Assembly: GCA_964016885.1 (NCBI GenBank) | Contig: OZ024748.1 | Span: 6,634,001-6,698,000 of the forward strand | Length of the DNA: 64,000 nt | Source of the DNA: Eledone cirrhosa | Lineage: Eukaryota | Direction of reading: 5' to 3' | In this document: positions 30,384-45,097 of the stretch, piece after piece | Layout of the letters: each line of letters starts with the position of its first letter | Position numbering within the stretch: position 1 is the first letter of the stretch | Notes under the pieces: generated by a model | Database searches by the model: none | What the model saw: only the letters and a program-made list of their open reading frames with translations | Told to the model about the DNA's origin: nothing | Translations under genes and position numbers: made by a program

Positions 30384-30534
30384 TATATATATACATATAT
30401 ATGCAAAAGTTCTATTTAAAATTGTTGGGATACAACAAGTAAATATTTTATAACTGATATAAAGCACTCGACAAGTTTTTGGAGTAGATATACGATATTA
30501 AATAACTGCAAACTATATTTATAAAACCATATTT

Positions 30535-30598
30535 ATTTCATTATACATATTTCAGGGATACCAAATTAAAATATGGTATGCCTTCATCAGACAAAATA
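30535..30598 (-). ncRNA. Type I hammerhead ribozyme (left arm; sense to Lox2)
   Basis: Minus strand: tattttgt-CTGATGA-aggcatacca-tattttaatt-tggtatccct-GAAA-tatgt-ATA-atgaaata. Confidence 0.75.
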
Positions 30599-30732
30599 CA
30601 ATATATAAACAGTTTTATAAATAATTTTGACGTACCCTATTAGATGCGACCATTATATTTGGAAGCTGTCTGGATAATGGTCGCATCTAATAGGGTACGT
30701 CAAAATTATTTATAAAACTGTTTATATATTGC

Positions 30733-30795
30733 ATTTTGTCTGATGAAGGCATACCATATTTTAATTTGGTATCCCTGAAATATGTATAATGAAAT
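30733..30795 (+). ncRNA. Type I hammerhead ribozyme (right arm)
   Basis: CTGATGA 30740-30746; stem II aggcatacca/tggtatccct (9 of 10 pairs); GAAA 30777-30780; predicted cleavage after AUA 30788; stem I attttgt/atgaaat with two GU pairs. Confidence 0.75.
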
Positions 30796-30836
30796 AAATA
30801 TGGTTTTATAAATATAGTTTCCATTTATTTAATATC

Positions 30837-30879
<43 letters not shown>

Positions 30880-31563
30880 TATATATATACTTTAGTGGAA
30901 GCATTTTAAATCCAGACCTATTTCATTCTATTCTATATATTTCTATTAATACATTTCTAGAGCACATTAAATGAAAATTATAACGATTTTTCAAGTACAA
31001 TGTCGGTATTTTGTTTTAAGGAAATCACCTTTGAACTCGCGTTATCTCTTAATAAAACTGCATTTATTATATATTTTCTACATCTTCTTAAGAACATTTC
31101 TTAGAAACGATTTGGTATGTAACTTTTTGAAGTATTCATACCGTTCTTACACGCAGGAAATAACACACATCTGATAAACATAGAATTTCGTAGCGGGATA
31201 TGAAAGAAGTTGGCTGTTTTTATCATGATAATAGGACTAGTGTCACAGAAAAAACGTGACGGACACTTCTTTCAACCAGTAAGAAAGAGCAGTCACATTT
31301 TCCTCATTTCACATTCACCTAACATCTTAAAACTAGACGAAAAATCTATAAGATTTAAGTGACCGTGGTCTGGTCAGAGGTATCTGTAATGAAAGCTTAC
31401 CATGTAAGTACATATTGATATAAGTTAACTACAGACTCAGGCTATTTGAAATAAAACGTGCAACATCATAATCGCCGTCAAACTTTTGATGATACATTTA
31501 TTTGTTGAGGAGTGACTTTGGTTAAAGTACATCAAGATATATTGCAACCTTAGATATGATATA

Positions 31564-31640
31564 TAGGGTGTCTCAAGAATATATACAAACTTCAACATCA
31601 TTCTAATCAAAGTGTGTATACATTCTTTTGAGACACACTG
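31564..31640. mobile_element. Tiny Tc1/mariner-type MITE
   Basis: TA-tagggtgtctcaagaat...attcttttgagacacactg-TA; related to 39440-39525. Confidence 0.6.
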
Positions 31641-32269
31641 TATATTAAAATAAGACACGATGTCCACGGTTGGATCAGCCCTGTCAAACTGTACTTGTAT
31701 ACAAAACTCTTCCAAGTCATGACCATGAAGAGTGATTTGTTTTTTTTTCTTTTCATACTCAATATAACTAGGACCACATTATTTGATGTTATCCTGTTTT
31801 AAATTTTACGAAGGAATGGTGTTAGATGTGGGACAAAAATGGCTGCTATTTCTAACAATTTCTACCACGAAGAAACGTTTGTGCTCCAATACGTAACAGA
31901 CAATAATATGTTAGTATTATCGTCAAGCCGAATACGAATCAGTTTGCTCAGCAGTTCCAAGCAACAAAATAGTATGTGTACAATATCAATGAAATTAATC
32001 AAGTAAAAAATAAATAAATAAATAAATAAAATAGAGTAAGATTTCGCAGCTATTTCTAGCAGGGTTTGGTCGAATACTTGTCTGCAATAGGAAACAGGGT
32101 ATGAAGATGCTGAATTATTTCCAAAGATGAACCAACTTCACCCAATAGTTTACACCGTCAATATATGTAACATTTTCAGAAAACTAAGAAACGGAAAAAA
32201 TAAATGTCTTCATTTTTGCGTTGTTGAAGTTGTTCTTGTTACTGTCGTTGATGGTAGCGCTATTACTAC

Positions 32270-32502
32270 TGTTTCTGATTTAGGCCAGCAAATATTGTTG
32301 GGGAGAGGGGAAAGTCGATTAAACCGCCCTCAGTGTATGACTGGTACTTTATTGCATCTACTACGTAAGGATGAAAGGCAAAGGTAAACTTGGTTGAGTT
32401 CAAATAAAGTACCAGTCACGCACTGAGGTCGATTTACCCGACTTTCCCCTCCATCCCCCAAATATTTGCTGGCCTTGTGCCTAAACCAGAAACCGTTTCT
32501 AT
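32270..32502. mobile_element. Two inverted partial SINE 3' halves forming an imperfect fold-back
   Basis: ggccagcaaatatt...ggggaaagtcgatt...cctcagtg...actggtactttatt followed by aataaagtaccagtca..cactgagg...cgactttcccc...aatatttgctggcc. Confidence 0.7.
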
Positions 32503-33082
32503 TACTGGTGTTGTTACTGGTGTTATTTTTACTATTGTTACTGTTGCTTTTAGTATTTTTGTTACTATTTTCTTACTGCAGTTGTGGTTAATGATGATGA
32601 GGAAGTAATTGTTGGTATTTTGTTGTTGCTGTTGGTGTTGTTGTTGCTATTTTTGTTGTTTCTCTTACTTATATTACTAATAATATTGGTGGTATTGTAA
32701 TTGGGGGCTCTTATTGTTGTTTTTATTCTTACTGTCGTTTTTTAAATACTAAATCAAGACCAAATTTACATCATATATCAACGAAGTTGTTTAAAACGCT
32801 GACAAGTTGACTATTTATTTCTCTCGTTACATACATGATTTTACATATACAAATGAATAAATGATGAACTATATTAATATATTAATAACCCTAATTGGTT
32901 TCCTCCTATTTATATATACAATATTTTTGGCAAGCAATTCTACAAAATACATTTCCCGATATTTAATAGTTTATTATATTTTTTGGCTTAATAATTCTTC
33001 AAATGTGTAGTTATAGTTGTATGTGTCTGTATACGTACGTGTATATATGTATATGTATAACTATATCCCCTTCTCTCTCTCC

Positions 33083-33130
<48 letters not shown>

Positions 33131-33257
33131 GTGTGTGTGTGTGTGTGTGTGTGTATTTGTGTGTGAGTGTGAATGTGAGTGTTTCTTGTGAGTGATTCCC
33201 AGACTTAGCTCATGCATTTTTATATAATGAGAAAATACATTTCATTATTTAATACAT

Positions 33258-33436
33258 CAGTATCGGTAGAGGGTCGGGCGCCAAGCTTTGAAGTATAGAG
33301 TTACCTCCCTTTATGATCTAAGTTCAAATCCCGCCGAGGTTAACTTTGCCTTTCATCCTTACGGGGTCGATAAAATAAAGTACCAGTAATGCACTGGGAT
33401 AATTGCTGGCCTGGTGCCAAAAGTAGAAACAATTAT
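33258..33436 (+). mobile_element. SINE S1, slightly 5'-truncated, 15-bp TSD; a second partial copy follows (~33461-33570)
   Basis: TSD attatttaatacatc at 33244-33258 and 33432-33446. Confidence 0.9.
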
Positions 33437-34254
33437 TTAATACATCCCCAGTATTGACAGTGGCTTGGCAGTAAGATGTTGGATAACATGCTTGGCAGAG
33501 TAGAGTTCTGGCCCTTTACGTTCTAAGTTCAAATCCCATCGTTGTTAGCTTTACCTTTCATCGTTACGATACATATATTTAGACATATAATAGATAGTTC
33601 CTCGAGCTGATCAACAGCGAAACATATGTAATATGTAAGTAAATATGTATATGATGCAACACTAATTCTTTGTTCCCTTATATATATATATATTTATACA
33701 CACACACACACACACATATATATATATTTATATAAGCATGTGCATGTGTATGAATGTGCGTGGATGTATGTGTGTGATTGTATGTATGTTTGTGTGTGAT
33801 TTTATGCGTGTTTGTGTGAGCGAGTATGACCGTGTGTGTGTGTATATATTAGTGCGAGGTAACAGGGCTTGCACTGCCAGACTCGTCTGGCCGGATAACC
33901 ACCAGTGAGCGAAAGAAAGAACACACGCATATATACTGAGATAATTTACAAAAGCATATACATGTTTTAACAGACAGACACATACACGTACACTGACACA
34001 TACACGTCAGCAGACACATATACTTTCTAACGTTAGCTTGTATTCTGTACGATTATTAAGCGGGGAGAGAGCAAAGCCGACTAAAATTTGTGTATCTCGT
34101 AAACAAATTTGTCAGCCATCAAGGCTGCCTCTTTCTGAGGATTTCATAGTCCTGATTCTGACATGTAATGTAGGTGGTCTATAGCAAGAACAACACTACA
34201 AAACAACAACCCCACTACCCTCCACCACCACTACCATCACTACCACCACAGATG

Positions 34255-34291
<37 letters not shown>

Positions 34292-34366
34292 CGACGACGA
34301 CAACAACAACAACGACAACAACAACAACAATAATAATAATAATAATAGCAGGGAAAGAACAAAAAT

Positions 34367-34404
<38 letters not shown>

Positions 34405-35051
34405 TAAGTGGATAATACAACAACAAGGTATTCCCAGAGATGAATACTGCTGGTGTCTGCAACGAAACTGTTGCAAGTTATTCATGTAAAGCTGCAAAGA
34501 GAAATATCACCCCTTGAATAACTGAAACTCCAGTTTGACATAATTATTTATCCCAAGACGTGTAATTAAATACTTTGTGTAATATATTTGTTAAACAATA
34601 GACACCATTATTTAATTCGTGTTAGTTTCGTATTTCAGCATTGCATTAAAGGGGGGAATTGGCAGTTCTTTGGTAAAAAAAAAAATGGATTCCTATTTAA
34701 CAAAAAACCTTGACGTAATAGAAAATTTCAAAGACCATTTCTGAACCCAGTACCATCAAATAGGGACAATTGTATAAAGTAAGACAAGTAAACAATGTTT
34801 TAAATGTTTCTCTGTATAATTAAAGACGTTCCGACGATGATGAATCCGTCTTTTTTATTCCAAATGTTATATTTCAATTATTTCAATTTTTTCTAATTTA
34901 CCTGCCCCTGCGTGAACTCTTTTGTTATATCCCCATTGGGAAAGCACAATCAACCATAGGCGGTCATCTTTGTCTTTTAATTTTCTCATGACAGGCTGAA
35001 GAAATTGGGGCCCAGAACCCAACGAAACTTGAGTACCTGTTTATGTCACTG

Positions 35052-35161
<110 letters not shown>

Positions 35162-35404
35162 TGGAGGAGTGGTGGTGAAAGAGCGAGAGATTCTCGCACA
35201 CAACAAAAAGCGAGCGAAAAATAGGGTGTAAAATTAAATGAGTGGCGTAAAGATGGCGGATAATTGGTTTCTGATTGCTATTTTTCTACCGATGTTACGG
35301 CATCGTAAATGTTACACACTTGCATTCCATTCCACAGTGTGAGCACAATGAGGACGCACTAGCTGTTGCTTCATTCAGATGTGTCTATATCCGTCTACTT
35401 AAAA

Positions 35405-35445
<41 letters not shown>

Positions 35446-36289
35446 TGTTTCTGTGTTTCTGTGTATGTGTGTATGCCCGTGTTTGGGTATACATTTACCC
35501 TTTTATGAGTGCAGTTAATATTCTCGTATGTTCACACATGAACAGAATTTTCATCATGCACTTGAACATATCGGACATAAAAAAGTCATAACAAATAGCA
35601 TTGTTATTGTATATGAAATGGTGGCGGGCCTGTTGAATAGGTATAGAGCGGTTCAAAGAAGCTAACAAACGTTTAGTTATATATGTCTGGATCTTAACAG
35701 GATTAATTTCACTTCTGAGAGAATATATACTAATACATAGATGTTCCACCGAGAGGACATCTACGTGATCACCCAATATGCTAGACATACATACTCCAAA
35801 TCACATTCCACAAGATTAAAGGAATGACACATTTGATTAAGGAGTGTTAGATACAATGTGGAAAATGTTATATAATGTTTGATACTAAAGTATGTTTGAT
35901 AATGGGTCTGCTCAATGTTAAAGCTGGTCTCATTTAAACAACAGCTAAAATCATGTAATACCGTGAAGATATCTTAGCTCTGTGTATAATTTTACTATAA
36001 ACATCGTGCTTCAAGAAGTCAAAACTCTTATCGAAGTGTCACTATTGAAACAGTCAGAATGTCATAGAATCTGGTCACCGAGATTGCATCTTAAGTGGTA
36101 TGAAACCTGATTATCTGTAAATATTCAGTTAAGTGGAGCTTTTTTAATGTTTATACATACGGTGTGATGTGTAATTTCAAATGTGTGCTCAAACACTACT
36201 ACCCCAATAATGTGGGCCCAGACTATATAGGAGAGCGTTCTCAGGTGTACAGGATCCCAGCGGACAGAACGAGAAAAAGTTTTGCACAG

Positions 36290-36560
36290 GTGGTAAACGA
36301 GGGAGAAGTGTTGAAATAGCGATTCCTAACACGCGGATTCATTCCTTCTTGTGACCAATTCCACCCTAATAGTAATGAATAGGAATTTGATAGGTGGACC
36401 ATGAACGCCAGAAATTTTCATCACTACAGATTTAACGACGAACATACCGAAGACAGACCGATACATCGACAGCTTCCGATCTTCGGATTGTCGCCAAATT
36501 AAGCCTGGGTCGGTTGATGAAGGCAGCAGGTTGTCTTTGAACAACGTCTTACGCGTCATA
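36290..36560 (-). mobile_element. Possible degenerate APE endonuclease fragment (L1/Tx1-like)
   Basis: Minus peptide QSEDRKL...MKISGVHGP loosely resembles the D..GR...I.GVYAP motifs. Confidence 0.25.
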
Positions 36561-36927
36561 TACCTTACAGAGGAATCTATAATAGATTATGTTTTCTTAA
36601 GGTGGCAGGTTGTAATTTTAAGGAAAATAGGCTGCTATTTATTTACTGCGTAATCATAATATGATCGTTGTATAGATATATTAAAAAATAAAATAAATAA
36701 ATTAACTTCTTTTGAAGTGTACTAAATTGAACTGATTTATGGGTCTGATAAATTGTTGGAAGAAAAAATAAATACAATTCTTCCTTTTTTCTTTTGTTTC
36801 ATTCTGTGCTTTAGCATGAGATCGATAGAAAGAAGACTATTATATTTTATTTTATACCTTTCACTTGTTTCTATTCACTTTTATGGTCATTGAATTTGAA
36901 GTTTGAAGTAAAAATCTTAATGGGAGA

Positions 36928-36971
<44 letters not shown>

Positions 36972-37583
36972 TCTTTTCAGTGGCTGATAATACCTTACCG
37001 GCGCCACTCGAATAAGGTAATTATTTAACCCATAAATGGGGCCCTAACAGGTACTACTACGCCGTGCCAGAGCAAACCTAAAGGGTAACTCCACATTTCC
37101 CACAGCTCCTGAACTCCCAAACTGGAGTCTTGCCACTGGATATATATATATTGTCAAAGTACAGGATTATATGTCCATGCGCAGCTTATAAAGGAGGGGG
37201 AATACCGTTAAAAAGTGGAGTAAAAAATTTGCCATCGGCCTCTAGGTAGCTTCTTCTTCTGCCTTTTATGGATCATCATCCTATTTTATTAGGTACTCTA
37301 TTGCATCTCTGTGGATAAGTGCATCATCCTTTACATTAAGTCTATTCTCAGCGATTAAAAGTCCGAAAGAACGGAAAGGTATATATTATGTTTATATATA
37401 TATATATATATATATATATGAGGATGACTGGCATATATATTATAGAAATGCCTCCTAAAAAACTAGAACTGTATAAAGATGGCAGTACTCTACCAAAGTA
37501 TACAGTACCATTTTGAACGTGACTCTACTCGCACACATATATACACACACACATACAGACAGACACACACACACACACACACT

Positions 37584-37636
<53 letters not shown>

Positions 37637-37991
37637 GCATGACCATGCAACAATGAAAAATCACGCATAATGGTATAGCAAATGATATATATACATATCC
37701 ATACACATAAATACTATGACACATAATATGTATATATAGCACACATAATATGTATATCTCATATATATTTATATGTATTATATAATGTCACAGTCCATTT
37801 ACAGGTACCGGAGGTATGATTTTCTCAGATCTCACTAGAGAGATAATCTATTATTGAAAGGTATCTATACCAGGCAGACAAACGTTGGATATAGAATTGA
37901 AAAATAAAATATTTATAACATGCACACAAACAAACATTTTTATATTTATATACACATACACCGCAACATGAATAAATAATATATACCCATA

Positions 37992-38135
<144 letters not shown>

Positions 38136-38169
38136 ATAATAATATATATATATATAAAGTAATAGATTT

Positions 38170-38240
38170 TTAGTTTCAGAAGATCCCGTTAAGGGTGAAA
38201 AAGCGATTCTTTGCTTAAACTTTAATCTGTTATTTTAATA
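38170..38240 (+). ncRNA. Hammerhead-like motif, family P3, core-mutated (CAGAAGA)
   Basis: CAGAAGA(38177-38183)-TCCC-GTTAA-GGGT-GAAA(38197-38200)-AAGCGATTC; homolog of 18552-18625; TA-flanked. Confidence 0.4.
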
Positions 38241-38303
<63 letters not shown>

Positions 38304-38307
<4 letters not shown>

Positions 38308-38443
38308 AAAAGTATGACCCCGACGGCAGAGCTCAAGCCGTTTCGACGGCTATTTCTGGACTATTTCCCACTCTACTACCCTAAGTATTGAGTACTCTGG
38401 TGCGTTATGACCCATCTGGTTCCTTACCACAATTCCTTTGTTA
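38304..38443 (+). mobile_element. P1 element with inverted arm retained and direct arm deleted
   Basis: gaccccgacggcagagctcaagccgtttcgacggctatttctgga joined directly to the P1 tail. Confidence 0.8.
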
Positions 38444-38568
38444 TATATATATATATATATACATACATATGTGTATATAAATATATATATATATACACAC
38501 ACACATACATATATACACACTATATATATATATACTATATACTATATTACATCATATATATATATATT

Positions 38569-38600
<32 letters not shown>

Positions 38601-38621
38601 CTATATACTATATTACATCAT

Positions 38622-38738
<117 letters not shown>

Positions 38739-38756
38739 TATATACTATATTACATT

Positions 38757-38917
<161 letters not shown>

Positions 38918-39439
38918 TCAATACAGACGATATAGGAGGAAGGCATGATATTACTGCATATTTCTAGCTCATCAGCCTGGAAACCTATTGCTATTGTTGA
39001 CTGGTTACCTAATACAATTGTCTGTTGATTCAATACTAAACTGAACTACAGACTATTATAATATAGATTAAATTATGACCATCTGACCACCCCATATTCT
39101 CAATTCTTCCCCATTCTCTGCGAAAGCGGAGTTAGACATTTAAATGTTATCAATGATGCCACGATATACACTTTTCTGTTCGCTATATAATCTTAGAAAT
39201 AGTGTATAAAATCATAATCGGAACCTAAGTGAATGTATATAAAATCTCTTGTAGTTTATTAGAAACATTGTAGTATATATACAATCATAATATTAGAAGG
39301 CTACAACAAAGCAATTGGAATATTAAACCTAAAACAGTATAAGAATTAAGATACTGAACTGTTTCTCTTAAATTATTTAATGTTGCCGATATTTAGGGTA
39401 AATAACTAGTTAGCAAATTGTTAGGAGAATATCAATATA

Positions 39440-39525
39440 CAGGCTGTCCCCAAAGATGTGTACACACTTTACACAGTTCAACAGCATTCTAATAAATATG
39501 TATATACATTTTTTGGGACACACTG
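39440..39525. mobile_element. Tiny Tc1/mariner-type MITE
   Basis: TA-caggctgtccccaaagatgtgtacaca...tgtatatacattttttgggacacactg-TA; ~27-bp imperfect TIRs and TA TSD. Confidence 0.7.
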
Positions 39526-39917
39526 TATGTTGGCCGAACTACATATATTGATGTAACATTTACATTTTCAAATGTCATTTAAACATTGAAAAATAATTGA
39601 TACGTTAATGATTCGCCTGTTTCTTTAACAGCAATGTCTAGTTTTACAGTCGCAAAACTTGGAGAGCCTTCAGTGGAGTCGAGTTTACTGCGAGCATTTG
39701 GGCCCGTTTACACTTGCCTAAGGACACTTACCCTCTCCTCTACCCTCAAGGCTCGGGGGACATGAGAAGGATCATAGGTATTGCTTCTACCTTTCCGTTT
39801 TCCGTCTAAATCTTTAAGAAATATGTGTGTGACCACTCACATCTATGGAGGTTTAGCTGGCCTCCTCCAAGGCAGGTGTCTTGGGCAATATAATGATAGG
39901 AACCCCAGTCCTATCAT

Positions 39918-40062
39918 CTCATTTCTACAGATGAGTAAACTGGAGCAACGGGAAATAAAGTGTCTTGTTCAAGGAAACAACACATCACCCGGTCCGGCAA
40001 TTGAACTCACAACCTTTCGATTGCAAGCCCAATGCTATAACCACTAAGCCATGCGCCTTCAC
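39918..40062 (-). mobile_element. Second tRNA-derived SINE family with CORE-like central domain
   Basis: Minus strand: A box TGGCTTAGTGG, B box GAGTTCAATT, then tccttgaacaagacacttta...ctccagtttactcatctgtagaaatg, resembling the CORE domain. Confidence 0.75.
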
Positions 40063-40892
40063 TTTTAAGAAATATGAGTATTATTCACTGATACTATTCG
40101 GTATTAATCACGGAAAATTAGCAAAAGTTCCTTTGGCGCTTAGAACACCACAATGTTTTGTACAAGAGACAAAGCCCATGAGTACATATATATTTTTGTG
40201 TGCCTCGGTCTATCTAAATGTAGTGCATCCCAAGGTATATTTTGGGAGGGACGAGATTATTAATATGGCAGGTTAATTATTAACAAAGGTTTGGTTGGCT
40301 TACTGTTAAGAGTTCGAATCCTGCCAAAGCAAAACCTCGACCTGGAGAAGTTTGGGCTCCACCAGGTTGTTAATGTCCCTAAAGATGCATCATAGCTGGA
40401 ATGCCAACGACCTACAAAGATTAAGGGACAAGAGAAAGAGAAGAATTACACCTTGATCAGTGAGTGACACAGTTCACTTACTATAATATTGGCTGCATTT
40501 CAAATACTTGGGCCGCAAGTTCAAGGACACATGGCTGCTTATATTTAACTAACGTGGTGTAGGTCTGAAAGTTATAGTTGAGAAAGAGAGGAGAGGAGGT
40601 TTTGGGTGTGATAAGGAGGAAGACAGGGTATATTTCTTGAAATAATACTTTCAAATATGGCATTGTTTCTTTCGCAACACGAGAAGAGAGTCTAGTGCGC
40701 ATTTCAGCGGATTTTCGGGGAAGTGCAAGACTGTTGGTTAACAATGTTATAATGCACATACATTGCACCCACACTCACCACACACACCCACACATATGTA
40801 TATATTGAACAAATAAAACAATACAAACAGGGATGCAAAAATACAATGTTTTATTAGGTTCAGCTTATATATACATACACACAGTGACAGAC

Positions 40893-40923
<31 letters not shown>

Positions 40924-42344
40924 GACAGACACATATATATATACACACACACACATACACAGACAGACACATACACACACACATATATATATATACACGC
41001 ATATACGTGTGGCAGCGATAAATATACGGTAAGCAATATGAAAAACCGCCGCAAGGAATGAAAAAAACCATCAACACATATAATGTCTGGAAATCGAATA
41101 AAAGAAAATAGGTTACTGCTGTTGCTGTTGCTGTTGCTACATCTGCTGCTGCTGGTCCCCCACCCTCCTTTCTCTAGATCCAACCAAGATCAATGAAGTA
41201 TACAAAGCTATATTGCTGCTGCATCAATGTTAAGTGTTATTTGGTGTATTGGGGGAGCAGTGTAAGTAAAGTATTACATTGTGGTAGCATAATCAGAAGC
41301 TGTAAGCTGGCAGCTCTCACTCTTCTACAACATGGTCGTCAGAGATTTCGCCTTTTATTTAGCTTAATTCGTTTAACTCCATACTCACTCAGGAAGAAGC
41401 TGCTAAATTATCAAATGTTTATGTTGCGTTAATAGATTATTTAGCTTAAACGTGGCTGTTATTTACTTTAATTGCAGCATTTATTAAGCTTTATTTCTTT
41501 TTTGCTTTCCATACGCATATAGTTTTCTATATTCAAACAAAAGCGCTTCTAAATGTCAGAAGGAGCTGTTGGTGTTATTAGATGTTAAATACTGATATAT
41601 TCGCATTGGTTAAATATTCGAATAATATTTCAGAATGGGCGCTAACATTATGCCAAATAGCCAGCCGCTTAAACAGACTTGAACTGACTTTTATACAAAT
41701 TTGTATAATTAAATTAAATATATAATATTCTTCTGCGATCTATAAATAAATCATTAAACAACTTTAACATGTAGCAGCGTAGGGAAATATCTCATGTGAT
41801 AGAGATCGACGCATGCTGTTACAATAGGCCACATGTTTCGCATGTGTGATTGTTGATTGTAGACTGTGTATTCAAGGAGAGAGGGTTACTAATTTCATTT
41901 GTAACAACCGATAAAAGTCAAAAACTATGTTTCATATGAGGGAATATGACGAACATTATAAGGCTAACCATAGCTGAGTTGGATAAACAGGCGCGGGCTC
42001 TGGTCATGGTTTTGATTCTTTCCAATCTGTTATATACTTCCATCAGATAAAACAAAATTTCACATACTCTGTTAATTGTCGTCTTCATTGGATTATGGCC
42101 GGGGTAGGGCAGCAATTCTGCATAGTTGATTATAACAGCCACAGTCATTAATTCAGTGTGGCTCCTGTATTACTGATGTTTTGGGATCAAATTGCTATTA
42201 AAAATCTCTGGTAGCATTTATAGTAAGGAGCTACCAATCGATGCATTTTCACACTACTTTACATAAACACACACAAAAACGTGTATATATACATATATAC
42301 ATTCATATATATATATATACACGTACATACATATATATATATAT

Positions 42345-42600
42345 ATCCCACCAACACCCCACTCTCCAGAGCGTGAAATTAATAAACATTCGTTGTACTG
42401 CCTCTCTGTTTTGTCCCTGTTCAAATTTTTCCATTATATATATATAACAGAGAGGCAGTAGAAATAAAAGTTTATTAGGTTCACGCTCTTGAGAGTGGGG
42501 GTGGGGACGTTTCGGGTATAAGCCCTTCATCGGGAGAAAAGTGGGTAGGAACAGAGTTCTGAGGGTGTGTGGGGGAGTGGTGGAGAGACATTTAGAAAAA
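42345..42600. mobile_element. Tail-to-tail inverted pair of family P4 (PLE-like terminus)
   Basis: Plus copy ~42345-42435 and minus copy ~42446-42600 separated by (TA)n; both homologous to 47700-47922. Confidence 0.8.
42500..42537 (-). ncRNA. Minimal hammerhead, family P4, core-mutated (CCGAUGA)
   Basis: Minus strand: CCGATGA-A-GGG-cttata-CCC-GAAA-C-GTC. Confidence 0.55.
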
Positions 42601-42911
42601 AATAATATATATATGTATTCAATAATGGAAAATGATAATAATACAATAGACTTCCTTAAAAGAAAGCGTGGAATCCTGTGTCTGACATGATAAGACATGA
42701 AACTGTCTCTGGATTTGATAATAAAATGAAACCATAAAAAAAGGCACATTTTACATTTATGTTGCAAGATTCGTGTTGTGAAATCGTGCGTTGGTTAGAT
42801 ATTGTTTTATATTTGCTATGTGATACTGGCAATAAAAACACAGATATTCTCTCTTTATTTACTATACATACACAACACATATACATACACACATACATTA
42901 ATATATTTATA

Positions 42912-43220
<309 letters not shown>

Positions 43221-43569
43221 ATCTCGGCATGTCATACTGCCAATATAAACAAACAGACACCAGTTGAGATTCAATTCAGTTTATTATTAATCAGCAGAAC
43301 TGATACGTTTAAGAAAACCACTTTATTGATAGAAATTATATCGTCTGGTTATTTTGCAGACTATATAATTTCTATCAGTAAAACACACACATGTATATAC
43401 GCTAGAAAAAAAAAAAAATATATATATATATATGTGTGTGTGTGTCCGTCTGTCTGTGCATAGAAAAAGGTAGATGTTTCGGACATTACTTCTTCAATAG
43501 AAGATAGAATGAGACATAAAAGAAGAATCAGAATGGTAGACGCACACACACACAAATACAAACACATAT

Positions 43570-43733
<164 letters not shown>

Positions 43734-43852
43734 AGTAATAATATTAAATATTGGAATATCAGAAAACAAAAGAACAGACAAATGCAGGAGTAAATGTTAC
43801 AAATATTACTAGTTTCACGCTTGGTGAGTATGGGGTAGAGAGGGAGGGGGGT

Positions 43853-43892
<40 letters not shown>

Positions 43893-44666
43893 GAGAGAGA
43901 GAGAGAGAGAGAGTTAGATAGATGAATAATTGAATATCAAAATAAATATAAACAATCCCCAAATCTAAAACTACAAAACTACACTACAGACAACAAACAT
44001 AAGATGGTGAGAAGGAGATAAATAGAGAGCATATATCGAGTCATTACAATCATAAAAGTGATGTCAATATCAGAGATATCTATGCTTTTATTATATCTAT
44101 TTTATATCACTTAACTCCTATCGAATTGCTGTTTTAGTATGGTTAAACTACTTGATCATTCCATTTTAGCATTTATCACTGTTCCCCCACAACCACCATA
44201 AACAGTAACATAACGTAGCTACTATTATTGTGTTTTGTTTCACTTCTTGCCGCCTTTAAATGTGCTGACACGAATTACTTTCTCTTTGCTCTCACTTATG
44301 GTTTCTCACTAAAATCTCTTTATTACCTCAATCATGCTACGTGATTCTGTTGTAATCTAGTTTTTATTCGATATGTTTCTATTTTAGGAGATGTGAGTGT
44401 GTGAGTATGCGTGAGTGAGTGTGTGTGTATGAGTGTGTAAGTGTGAGTATGTGTGTATAAGTGTGTAAGTGTGACTGTGTGAGTGTGTATGTGATTGAGA
44501 GAGTGTGTGTGTGTGTGTGTGTGTATGTATGGGTATGCCTCAATATATCGGTTGAATCAATAGGATACACACATACACAAACAGACAAACCCATGCATAT
44601 TCATTCCACAACCCACGCCACCCCCCACATACACACACGAATATACACAAATATATATAAATATAT

Positions 44667-44749
<83 letters not shown>

Positions 44750-44750
<1 letters not shown>

Positions 44751-44937
44751 CGAAGGAAATGTGGTAAGGAACCAGGTGGACCATAACGCACCAAAGTACT
44801 CAATACTTAGGGTAGTAGAGTGGGTAATAGGAACCAGTAAGACCCCGACGGCTGAGCTCAAGCCGTTTCGACGGCTAATTCCAAATTAGCCGTCGAAACG
44901 GCTTGAGCTCAGCCGTCGGGGTCTTACGGGTTCCTAT
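44750..44937 (-). mobile_element. Palindromic element P1 (reverse orientation)
   Basis: 54-bp arms 44827-44880 / 44884-44937 with one mismatch; reversed tail 44750-44826. Confidence 0.88.
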
Positions 44938-44949
44938 ATATATATATAT

Positions 44950-45097
44950 TAGAATCTCTGACCTCTCTGCCAATGAAGATATTTTTAACGCCTCTGCCTC
45001 CTACTACAATGACGCCCTCGCCCGAAGCGGATTTAAAGAAAAGATAACCTACCTAGAAACCACCGCAAGTCTGCAGAGGAGGAATAGGCATAGGCAG

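Larger units (their letters stand above)
30488..30842. mobile_element. Near-perfect ~169-bp-arm inverted repeat of family P2 (head-to-head), with a hammerhead in each arm
   Basis: Left arm 30488-30656, 17-nt spacer, right arm 30674-30842; only a few mismatches. Confidence 0.9.

Noticed and set aside
38945-38980. Minus-strand CTGATGA-gcta-GAAA
   Set aside because: No stem II or stem I; probably chance.
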